From Patescibacteria group bacterium (GTDB taxonomy: Bacteria > Patescibacteriota > Dojkabacteria > J137), in contig BOLA01000001.1 in NCBI GenBank assembly GCA_016861265.1, forward strand, positions 267,569-331,568: a DNA stretch of 64,000 nt, written 5' to 3'. Position numbers and translations under genes: made by a program. The notes beneath the pieces were generated by a model. That model was not told the origin of the DNA. It was given only the letters and a program-made list of their open reading frames with translations, and searched no databases. Shown in pieces: positions 9,599-17,712 of this stretch (its first letter is position 1; the number at the start of each line of letters is the position of its first letter).

Positions 9599-10792
9599 TC
9601 ATTCTTCAACGTGGTGACGACGTCCGGCAGATACAAGTCCACCATTGCCATTGAGTATGACCTCAAAGGAGGTTTCACCGTTCTGGAACGCGTGCCATTC
9701 GATCTCATTGCTGGTATTCCAGTTATGAGTTCTGCCATCGGCTGTAACCAGAACAATACTGTAACTTTCGGTATTGTTACCCGAAAGTCTTTCTTGCTCG
9801 CCGTTACGCCCCAGCGTATAGTCGCTATACCAATACGGTTCCCAATCGTTCCCAGACGACGTTAGATTCCTGCTAAATACCCACCGCTGCACTTGAAAAC
9901 GGTACACAGTTCCGTACACATCACGGTATGAGTAATCCGGCACAGTACGATAGCCACTGATGTAGCTTTCGGTACGTGTCTTTGGTGTGCAGGAACGAGT
10001 ATACGACCCGTTTGGGTTCTGGCTTGTAGTACATGATTCTCCATCAGAAACCGTCATTGAGCTATAGATTGGCTCTTGGTGCGATCCCGATTGGTAACGT
10101 TCTTGCCCCACAACTTCTCTAGCGCTAGTGCAGGAACGACTCCCGGTCGGGCAACCCGACTGGTTGTTATCGTTGACCCAAGTGTAAACTTCCACCGGCA
10201 TGGTACGTGACCATGATACTGATTGAATAGTTGCCGGCAAGGACTGCCTTACAATAAACTCACGATAGCCCCAGATTCCGCCCACAACAAGCAGTAGTCC
10301 AACCGCAATAATAATTAGCAGTTGGGGGATACTAAAGCTGGACAAATTGAACTTGGGACCCTGTCTTGGTTCGTAGCTTGGGTAACTTTCGCTCACAAAA
10401 TTGTAGCGTGGCTCTTCGTCGGTCTTGTGGTCGTAATCGATAGCACTGCTGGTGTAGGTGCTGGGAGAAGTTGCACTTGAAGCAACTTCTTTCGCAACAC
10501 CGGCTTTGGATGCTCCGCATTTGTCGCAGAAATTATCCTCGTCCGGATGCACGCCGCGACAGAACCGACATTCCCAAACACCCTCGCGCCGTTCAATTCT
10601 GCCGATTACCTCGGCACTGTGAATTTCGTAAGCAGAAATTTCGCTCTCGTCCGGCATGCGTGTGTCAGGATACCCGTTTGACTTTAACGGCATGTCCTTT
10701 CCACAGCTTGGACAGTGCAACTGCTCACTTATCAGCTTCGATTTCCCACAATTTGGGCAATCCCATAAACCGAAGAAATGTGTATCGGTCAT
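9599..10792 (-). CDS. GC-rich single-pass membrane protein with N-terminal double zinc ribbons
   Basis: WDCPNC..CPSCG and WECRFC..CDKCG; TM at IIIAVGLLLVVGGIWG; GAGGTG/GGAG SD. Confidence 0.8.
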   Translation of the reverse strand: MTDTHFFGLWDCPNCGKSKLISEQLHCPSCGKDMPLKSNGYPDTRMPDESEISAYEIHSAEVIGRIERREGVWECRFCRGVHPDEDNFCDKCGASKAGVAKEVASSATSPSTYTSSAIDYDHKTDEEPRYNFVSESYPSYEPRQGPKFNLSSFSIPQLLIIIAVGLLLVVGGIWGYREFIVRQSLPATIQSVSWSRTMPVEVYTWVNDNNQSGCPTGSRSCTSAREVVGQERYQSGSHQEPIYSSMTVSDGESCTTSQNPNGSYTRSCTPKTRTESYISGYRTVPDYSYRDVYGTVYRFQVQRWVFSRNLTSSGNDWEPYWYSDYTLGRNGEQERLSGNNTESYSIVLVTADGRTHNWNTSNEIEWHAFQNGETSFEVILNGNGGLVSAGRRHHVEE

Positions 10793-10798
10793 CTCCGT

Positions 10799-10854
10799 TC
10801 ACCTCGTTGAGTTTTAAATGAACACGCCTGATTGCGTATATAGGTATTATATCA
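10799..10854 (-). promoter_or_regulatory. Extended -10 promoter, small hairpin, boxA-like motif and 5' pairing arm
   Basis: Sense: TGATATAAT...ACGC-AATCAG-GCGT-GTTCATTTAAAA-CTCAACGAGGTGA. Confidence 0.6.
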
Positions 10855-11143
10855 TTTTTCGAGTTCTTTCTCTAGATATAGCCTTCACTTGGTGTTTATC
10901 TTACTTGTTCTTATTATAGTTCTACTCATTTACCTAGATGGCGGAATTACCTGGATCACAATTAAAAAAATTACCTAAATGTTATCTATATAAATAATCC
11001 TTTACATTATATTTACAATTTCCTAACGTAAAGTTTTACTTACATCAAATATATTATTTCAGTTAATACTTTATTTAATTAAAAAGAAAGGAGGCTAAAA
11101 GTAAAAATTCGCTTTTAAATTTTTTAATTATAAATATTTTGAT

Positions 11144-11755
11144 ATGACACGAAAAATACTTGCTAGTGCCCTTGTGGTAATCTCACTAATGAGTGCGGTA
11201 GGAGGTAGTGCTTTAGCTATTTTCTCTGACACAGAATCAATTCAAGGTAATACAATCTCTACAGGTTCAGTAGATATTGAATTAACAGGTGACTTTGGTC
11301 CAATTACAGCTCAAAATCTTAACCCAGGTGACTGGAGTGATTGGGAAAGAGTTGAAGTGGATAATAATTCTAATGGACCAATTAAATTATACTTTTATGT
11401 AACCGATGTAAGTGGAGCAGCCTGTGGAGACACATTGCTTAACTTAGTAACTGGTCCATTGGGAGGTGATGAAATGCAATATCCATTCTATGCATCTCAC
11501 TTAACCTCATTAAATGGAGCAAACAATAAAGTTGAGGTTACAGGTTACGTATTTAACCCAACAATGCCTGCTGCACAAACAGCTGTAGTACACATGAGAG
11601 CTGGATTAGATATGGCAGCTGGAGAGGCAGCAATGGGTGAAGACTGTGACTGGACAGGAGTATTTGTTGCTGAACAAGCACCTAACGAAGAAACCGAAGA
11701 ACCACCAGTTTCAGCTCCAGTATCCTTCCCTGAGGAGACTGAAGAAAATGTTTAA
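11144..11755 (+). CDS. TasA/camelysin-like protein with SipW-class signal peptide
   Basis: GGSALAIFSDTESIQGNTISTGSVDI signal-peptide pattern, NLNPGD motif, next to SipW. Confidence 0.85.
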   Translation: MTRKILASALVVISLMSAVGGSALAIFSDTESIQGNTISTGSVDIELTGDFGPITAQNLNPGDWSDWERVEVDNNSNGPIKLYFYVTDVSGAACGDTLLNLVTGPLGGDEMQYPFYASHLTSLNGANNKVEVTGYVFNPTMPAAQTAVVHMRAGLDMAAGEAAMGEDCDWTGVFVAEQAPNEETEEPPVSAPVSFPEETEENV

Positions 11756-11769
11756 TAGACACTAATTAA

Positions 11770-11796
11770 AGATGCGCAGGTAAAACCTGCGCATCT
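11770..11796 (+). terminator. Hairpin between tasA-like gene and sipW
   Basis: AGATGCGCAGG-TAAAA-CCTGCGCATCT. Confidence 0.7.
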
Positions 11797-11824
11797 AACT
11801 TGAATTTAGTTTAAAATAATAATT

Positions 11825-12385
11825 ATGAATAGAAATAACAAATTTGTGAAGGTGATTACGTCAACTCTGATGATTTTTTTATTTGGAATTATTATTTTAA
11901 CTTTCCTGTCATTATTTGGAATTCCACAAAACTTTAGAATATTTGTTGTAGAAACTGGATCCATGGAGCCAGCTATTAACACTGGTAGCTTAGCGTTTGT
12001 TACCCCACAAAGTAGTTATCAAAAAGGTGACGTAGTAACTTTTAATACTCCTTTAGAAAAAGATGAAAAGACTAATTATGTAGTAACCCATAGAATAACC
12101 GATATAAAAAAAGAGAACGGAGAAACACTTTTACAAACAAAAGGAGACGCCAATAATGCGCCTGATTCTTTACTAACAAACCAAATTCACGTTATTGGTA
12201 AAGTTAATGGCTCGGTTCCACTTTTGGGTTATTTAATTGGTTTTGCTAAAACGCAAATTGGATTTTTAGTAGTTATTATTATTCCTTCGCTGTTTATAAT
12301 TTATAGTGAGATACAAAATATTTCTAAGGAGTTTAAGAAGAAATCTAGAAAGAATATTCATACTGAAGATTTAAATTACGTATAA
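11825..12385 (+). CDS. sipW: Signal peptidase I, SipW/S26B type
   Basis: VETGSMEP (Ser), VTHRI (His), TKGDAN. Confidence 0.9.
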   Translation: MNRNNKFVKVITSTLMIFLFGIIILTFLSLFGIPQNFRIFVVETGSMEPAINTGSLAFVTPQSSYQKGDVVTFNTPLEKDEKTNYVVTHRITDIKKENGETLLQTKGDANNAPDSLLTNQIHVIGKVNGSVPLLGYLIGFAKTQIGFLVVIIIPSLFIIYSEIQNISKEFKKKSRKNIHTEDLNYV

Positions 12386-12387
12386 AA

Positions 12388-12407
12388 AACTCCTCTTTCG
12401 AGGAGTT
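12388..12407. terminator. Bidirectional terminator
   Basis: AACTCCTC-TTTC-GAGGAGTT between convergent ORFs. Confidence 0.7.
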
Positions 12408-12412
12408 AAGTT

Positions 12413-12529
12413 TTAGACTTTTGCTACTTTAGCAGCTTTTTTTTCTTTTCGGAGTTTCTTAGCCATTTTTCCACTCATAACTTTAACTGGCTTTTCTGCT
12501 CTTTGATTTCCTTTATCTTTTTTTGACAT
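12413..12529 (-). CDS. 38-aa Lys-rich small protein
   Basis: Manual: MSKKDKGNQRAEKPVKVMSGKMAKKLRKEKKAAKVAKV*, ends just before the terminator. Confidence 0.55.
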   Translation of the reverse strand: MSKKDKGNQRAEKPVKVMSGKMAKKLRKEKKAAKVAKV

Positions 12530-12678
12530 AATATTATTATAAAAATTTAATACATTCTAACTAAGGTTATTTAGTATGAATTCATGGGTAAATTTAGATA
12601 ATAATTATTACTATACTAAGTATAAGCTAAAATTTAATTTCTTTAAACTTTTAAACTGGTAAATTAGTTTTATTAATA

Positions 12679-12769
12679 TATAATAATTTGTCTGAAGTAT
12701 GAAAGGACCTGCTCCTTAACAACTTCGATGGAATTAACCGCTATGTTCAAATCTTCAAAGGAGAGTGTC
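12679..12769 (+). promoter_or_regulatory. Promoter, boxA-like motif and 5' pairing leader
   Basis: TATAAT 12679-12684; TGCTCCTTAACAA 12710-12722 (one mismatch to E. coli rrn boxA TGCTCTTTAACA); AAGGAG SD. Confidence 0.65.
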
Positions 12770-13642
12770 ATGGCTAAACGAAAGACCCCTACGATCCAGG
12801 AACTGCTTCAGAAAGCGAGAGAAGCCCAGAAACTCCTAGCAACCCCGTCATCTATTCCAAACGTGTTCCAGCAGCTCAGAGCACAAGCTACCCTCAAGAA
12901 GGCTCTGACAGAACTAGCGAAAGTTGAGCTACGAGCGATTGTCCCGCATTACACACCGACTCTTAATATGATTGAAGGCGAACCACATAAATGGGAGATA
13001 GAGAATCAACCAAATCTTCAAGTCGCGGTAGAAGGTCAGGAAATTTCCGGTGCGCTAAATGACGGGGATGTTTTCCGTCTCTACTGTAATACCCTTTTGG
13101 GCTGGTCAGCCTATAGAGGGGAGGTAACAAAAGGAAAATTGGAGTTAGTTATAACTCCACAGCTGATTGGTTTTAATGAAGAAGCCTATCTAGCTGGATT
13201 GACTTTCGTTCGCTTGGGTGCGTCTGTCACGCACCCAGTAACAATAAGTGCCAAGCCGTCACCAGCTGCACTAAGGCTTAAAGCTGCGCTTATGGGGGAA
13301 GAGGTAGAGGGCGTGCAGGTCGGAACCTACCACGACGATGAGTTGGGCTTTACACTCTCTATCGCAACCGAAAAGCAGCTACAGAGTAATCGATTACTCG
13401 TCGCTGCAAGACTCCAAACAGATACCCCACAGGAAGCGGGGGCAGAGTTTCGGGTCAATTTCGACGCCTCAGATCGTCAAAGCTGGTTTAATGCAATCCA
13501 ATTCGGGAGCGATCAAGACCAGTTCGGATTGACCCATGCACACCTGAGGTCAGGTGCCGCACAGTCAACAGTGACTGCAGAACTTAAGCTAAAGGGCGAC
13601 AAAGTTCTCAAAGTTAGTTTGGAGGTCACCGTAGCGCAATAA
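12770..13642 (+). CDS. GC-elevated hypothetical protein
   Basis: Start moved to the ATG after AAGGAGAGTGTC; no family recognised. Confidence 0.7.
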   Translation: MAKRKTPTIQELLQKAREAQKLLATPSSIPNVFQQLRAQATLKKALTELAKVELRAIVPHYTPTLNMIEGEPHKWEIENQPNLQVAVEGQEISGALNDGDVFRLYCNTLLGWSAYRGEVTKGKLELVITPQLIGFNEEAYLAGLTFVRLGASVTHPVTISAKPSPAALRLKAALMGEEVEGVQVGTYHDDELGFTLSIATEKQLQSNRLLVAARLQTDTPQEAGAEFRVNFDASDRQSWFNAIQFGSDQDQFGLTHAHLRSGAAQSTVTAELKLKGDKVLKVSLEVTVAQ

Positions 13643-13658
13643 CATCGAAGGCTTTGGA

Positions 13659-13690
13659 CTACCCTGCGCTCTTGTGAGCACAGGGTTAGC
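13659..13690 (+). terminator. Probable terminator hairpin
   Basis: ACCCTGCGCTC-TTGT-GAGCACAGGGT imperfect stem. Confidence 0.55.
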
Positions 13691-13735
13691 CCTCTTTAGA
13701 TTTTCAAATTTGGAGTGAACATGTAAAATATACTG

Positions 13736-15130
13736 ATGATAAACTATCAAGATAAAGTCTTGAATTTTCTGGACGTGGAAACTACTGGCGGCAACTCCCG
13801 TATTGATAAGATTATTGAAATTTACGTTAGCAAAGTAATAAATAACCAAGTTGTTAAAACCTTTCATACGTTTGTTAATCCAGGTTTTAAGCCAAGTCCA
13901 TTTATTCAAAAACTTACAAAAATTACATATAAAGAATTAGATTCAGCTCCGCAATTTGAAGATATTGCCCAAGATTTATATGACTTTTTAAGCGATGGAA
14001 TATTTGTTGCTCATAATGCAAGATTTGATTACTCCTTTATAAAACAGGAGTTAAAAACTTACGGATTCGAAGTAAATTGGGACTATTGCTGTACTGTTAA
14101 ATTATCCAGAAGTCTTTACCCGCTATATAGATCGCACAATCTAGATAGTATTGCTACTAGAATAAATTTCCCCTCTGGCAATAGACATAGAGCTGATTTT
14201 GATACTGAAATTACAAGAAGTTTTTTTTATCATGCATTAAACCAGCATGGGTCTGAAAAATTTAATACTGCGTTTAATAACTCCATAAAACAATCTGCAA
14301 TTCCTAACGAATTAGTTAAATTTAATTCAAATGAAGTCCCTGAAAACCCTGGTGTATATATCTTTTATGATGCGCAAGATTACCCTATATATGTTGGTAT
14401 GAGTAAGAATTTACGTAGACGAATTAACGAGCATTTTTATCAGGATTTAACAAATTCAAAAGATTTAAATATAAATCAAAAATTAAAACGAATTGAAACA
14501 ATAGAAACTGCAGGGGTAGTTGGTGCGTTAATCCGCGAAGCAATTTTAGTTAAAAAATATCAACCGTTATACAACCGCCAATTAAGAAGAACTACAAATT
14601 TAGTTAAGCTTGAACAATTTAATGATGAACATGGTTATATAAATTTAAGATTCAATACTGACAATAATTTTGACATTGAAGGTTTAGGTAATTTAGTTGG
14701 AGTTTTTAGAAGCAAGGAGGAATTAAAAAATAAGATTGAGCAATTAGCAAAAGATTTTGGTTTATGCTCAAAACTACTAGGTTTAGAGAAGACAAAAAAC
14801 GCCTGCTTTGCTTATCAGTTAGAGGTATGCAAAGGAGCGTGTATTCATAAAATATCTGCTGATGAATACAATCAAATATTTAATGCTGCATTTTCTAATA
14901 TTCGGATTGCGAACTGGCCTACAGAATCTGAATTAAGAATTAAAGAAGAAAATGGAACATTAACTGAAGAATTAATATTCAACAAATGGGGATTAGTCGG
15001 AACAACACTTGATGATTTAGTAATAAAAGAGTTTACCCAAAATTTTAGATTTGATCTTGATATTTATAAAATACTTTCAAGTTATCTAAAGCGTGGCGGT
15101 GAGAACTTTAATGTTGAATTAAGTGACTGA
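13736..15130 (+). CDS. DEDDh (DnaQ-like) exonuclease fused to a GIY-YIG/UvrC-like domain
   Basis: LDVETTG, VAHNARFDYSF, HRADFD; PGVYIF...IYVGMSKNLRRRI; C-terminal Cys cluster. Confidence 0.9.
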   Translation: MINYQDKVLNFLDVETTGGNSRIDKIIEIYVSKVINNQVVKTFHTFVNPGFKPSPFIQKLTKITYKELDSAPQFEDIAQDLYDFLSDGIFVAHNARFDYSFIKQELKTYGFEVNWDYCCTVKLSRSLYPLYRSHNLDSIATRINFPSGNRHRADFDTEITRSFFYHALNQHGSEKFNTAFNNSIKQSAIPNELVKFNSNEVPENPGVYIFYDAQDYPIYVGMSKNLRRRINEHFYQDLTNSKDLNINQKLKRIETIETAGVVGALIREAILVKKYQPLYNRQLRRTTNLVKLEQFNDEHGYINLRFNTDNNFDIEGLGNLVGVFRSKEELKNKIEQLAKDFGLCSKLLGLEKTKNACFAYQLEVCKGACIHKISADEYNQIFNAAFSNIRIANWPTESELRIKEENGTLTEELIFNKWGLVGTTLDDLVIKEFTQNFRFDLDIYKILSSYLKRGGENFNVELSD

Positions 15131-15139
15131 CAGAGAGAG
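15114..15139. repeat. 26-bp direct repeat copy 1 (3' flank of paralog 1)
   Basis: TTGAATTAAGTGACTGACAGAGAGAG identical at 15679-15704. Confidence 0.9.
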
Positions 15140-15147
15140 GGCCGTCG

Positions 15148-15573
15148 TCACATTTTCCTTACAAGTGCGAGTTTTTTTTCCAGTTGGATCTTGGGACGAG
15201 TGGGGTTAGGGATCACCAGTTCTACGTCTGGCTTTCCATTAACGATTAACGTGTTAACCCTTACCTCGAACATTGTGTGAAAGCTGTCTACTTCAGGTGC
15301 AAGGTGGATTCGGAAATGAACGATCTCCATGTCCTTGTCCCTCGCCGCTCCTTGACACACATTCAAAAAGCGTCTTGCCTCGCGAATCCGAATTGCGTTG
15401 ATTTCATCCGTCGTACCAAGCAGACTTTCGTACAACGGCATGTATCTTACTTCACATCGCCGCAACTCCAGACCTGCTGTCCCTACGAAAACCTCTACAC
15501 CACGGAGGTACATCTCCACACCTTCTTGAACTTCAAGGGTGTAGTTAGCTCTGGGGATTACAATAGTACTCAT
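15148..15573 (-). CDS. Hypothetical protein, tandem paralog 1
   Basis: Aligns with 15712-16134 (MSxIVIP, MYLRxV, HLAPE, FE, LEKKL); AGAAAGG SD. Confidence 0.75.
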   Translation of the reverse strand: MSTIVIPRANYTLEVQEGVEMYLRGVEVFVGTAGLELRRCEVRYMPLYESLLGTTDEINAIRIREARRFLNVCQGAARDKDMEIVHFRIHLAPEVDSFHTMFEVRVNTLIVNGKPDVELVIPNPTRPKIQLEKKLALVRKM

Positions 15574-15678
15574 TACCCAACCTTTCTGCGTGCTGCTCTC
15601 TCTCTGTCAAATAGCTGTGGAATTATAGCACCAAGAAGTGCAGTCAGTTAAACAAACGGTTTAGTGAGATTCTTTATA

Positions 15679-15704
15679 TTGAATTAAGTGACTGACAGAG
15701 AGAG
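15679..15704. repeat. 26-bp direct repeat copy 2 (3' flank of paralog 2)
   Basis: Identical to 15114-15139. Confidence 0.9.
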
Positions 15705-15711
15705 ATTGCAG

Positions 15712-16134
15712 TCACAGAATGGAAACGATACTCAGTTTCTTTTCAAGGGCGATCTTTGGACCCGTCGGGTCTGGAAGTACGATTCGCGGCACAGGGTTCA
15801 CCTGCATCAGGTCCACATGAATCTCAAACACTGTGTGCCATGCTTGCTGCTCAGGTGCTAAATGCAGCCGGTATTGCACCAACTGCAAACCCAGCTTAGT
15901 TGCATCTGCACGCCATTGATCCATCGTGATTCCGACTTCCAACACCCGCAAGCTGTTGATCTGACTCATCGCTTGAGCTACATCACCGGTAAAAAGCGGT
16001 TGGTGACGCCTTTGGCAATGATGTAACTCCATATTGGCAGTACCCAGATAAGCCTGGACCTCTCTGAGGTACATTGGAGTACCATCTTGAATCTCCACAC
16101 GGTAGTGGGTAAGGGGAATAACAATTGACGACAT
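15712..16134 (-). CDS. Hypothetical protein, tandem paralog 2
   Basis: ATG at 16134 (MSSIVIP) matches the paralog start; AGAAAGGTGG SD. Confidence 0.75.
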   Translation of the reverse strand: MSSIVIPLTHYRVEIQDGTPMYLREVQAYLGTANMELHHCQRRHQPLFTGDVAQAMSQINSLRVLEVGITMDQWRADATKLGLQLVQYRLHLAPEQQAWHTVFEIHVDLMQVNPVPRIVLPDPTGPKIALEKKLSIVSIL

Positions 16135-16234
16135 CTTTTCCACCTTTCTTGATAGTTCTGTTCTGCTCTCTCTCTGTCAAATGAGTGAATTATAGCACCA
16201 AGAGATGCTTTAACTAAACGGAAGTGTTTGCAGG

Positions 16235-16744
16235 TTAGTTGATTGAAACTTTAATCTTATCTCCAGTTATTAATTCCTGAATTTCAGGTTTATCTTCTGG
16301 TAAGTCTGCAGGTAATTGAAAATCTTTATGAACATAAGCTAATGTTATGTGTGGCTTAAATTCGTAAGAATTTGGTCTACTGCTGAATGTTCTTATTTTA
16401 TTAACGAATGCGGAAAGTTTTTTATCTTGATCAACAACTTTAACAGCTAGTATTCTGTATAAGCCTTGAAAGCCTTCAATAATCATAAAGTCACCTAGTT
16501 TTAATTCTCCTAAGTCAATTGATTTTATAAGGTCTAATAGGTCTTGATTATTTGCGGCACTTGGGTCAAGTCCATAAAAGAATTTTAAGTGGGCGTTATT
16601 CGTAACATCACCGTTTATGTGAGGCATTACAGGAGAAACATAATACTCCTCCTCTACCACCATCTGTTTAGTTATTCTACTTAAGTAATCTTTAAATGAT
16701 TGAGATAACTCTAATGCTACATATGCAACTTCTGGTTTATTCAT
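16235..16744 (-). CDS. 2H phosphoesterase (2'-5' RNA ligase superfamily; Acb1/T4 gp57B-like)
   Basis: AHLKFFYGL and FKPHITLAY; second HxT motif canonical, first degenerate. Confidence 0.75.
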   Translation of the reverse strand: MNKPEVAYVALELSQSFKDYLSRITKQMVVEEEYYVSPVMPHINGDVTNNAHLKFFYGLDPSAANNQDLLDLIKSIDLGELKLGDFMIIEGFQGLYRILAVKVVDQDKKLSAFVNKIRTFSSRPNSYEFKPHITLAYVHKDFQLPADLPEDKPEIQELITGDKIKVSIN

Positions 16745-16814
16745 AAGAGGAAGGTAACTTGATATTTAGACTATTTTATCAGATTTTTAGGAATTTAGGG
16801 GGAATCAAAAGTTT

Positions 16815-16840
16815 GAGAGCCGCTGTAAGCAGCGGCTCTC
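16815..16840 (-). terminator. Intrinsic terminator
   Basis: GAGAGCCGCTG-TAAG-CAGCGGCTCTC. Confidence 0.75.
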
Positions 16841-16863
16841 TTTTAGCTCTTGATCAGTCTGGG

Positions 16864-17445
16864 TTAGCTTTCGCTTTCCCAGTAGGTGATCTGAACGAAA
16901 CTTTCCGGATCGTACAGGTGAACTTTCGTTTGATTGTCCACGTATTCGATTTGGGCTAATGCCCAGCCCCACTCGAAACTTTCCAAGTGGAACTCGCCGA
17001 CATATGTGCTCATCACGCCCGCACCTTCGAAGTTGCCCTCGAGCGCCATTACCCACGCCTGAACAGCGTATGGCACTTCCGGTGCCGACGCGCCGCTTGC
17101 CGGGCAATTGAACAGCGCCTGACGCGAGGTCCCGCTTGTCCAAATAACTCCGACCAGCTGGCAGGTTGCCATTTGTTCTGCGCACGCCCCGTCGTACGGG
17201 GTCGTACCATCGATGTCGAATTCGCAGATTGCCCCCGGGAACTGGGGGATGGTACTCGGAACGGGGCACCAGACTTCCCACATATCACCGCGCTCCGCCT
17301 CTTTATAACAACCGTTGACCTCAACGAGGTCCGTGCACCACTGATCACTGCTATCGCAGTAAACAGTAGTATGCGAGGCGAACACGGGCAGCGCCACGGC
17401 TGCAAGAACGATGAACAACACGGATAAAACGATTTTGCGGAACAT
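16864..17445 (-). CDS. GC-rich secreted Cys-rich protein
   Basis: Sec signal peptide MFRKIVLSVLFIVLAAVALPVFA; multiple Cys; AGGAAAGGA SD. Confidence 0.75.
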   Translation of the reverse strand: MFRKIVLSVLFIVLAAVALPVFASHTTVYCDSSDQWCTDLVEVNGCYKEAERGDMWEVWCPVPSTIPQFPGAICEFDIDGTTPYDGACAEQMATCQLVGVIWTSGTSRQALFNCPASGASAPEVPYAVQAWVMALEGNFEGAGVMSTYVGEFHLESFEWGWALAQIEYVDNQTKVHLYDPESFVQITYWESES

Positions 17446-17712
17446 TTGAGTCCTTTCCTAGCTAATTAGCTAGTTGTAAGTAAAATCCGCAAGCTATGTA
17501 CTTAATACACAATTTGCGGACTTTACGCTTAAAAGAGTTATATATACATTATATACCCCTACGCACTTATTTGCAATAAATTATGTTCTTTTAACAGCCC
17601 ACGAAAACAGGGCACAAATAGTAATAATCTGCCCAAAAGTACTAAATTCAAGTAAATCTTGTGTAAAGAAATCAATTACATTAGAATGAGATAATATGTA
17701 TCTTTGCGTCTT

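Noticed and set aside
11086-11095. AAAGGAGG upstream of the tasA-like gene as an SD site
   Set aside because: About 50 nt from the ATG, too far to act as its ribosome-binding site
15128-16179. Inverted repeats as IS/MITE ends or integron attC sites
   Set aside because: No transposase or integrase in the window, no target-site duplications seen, promoters lie outside the arms, arms differ between units, and no GTTRRRY/RYYYAAC attC cores were found
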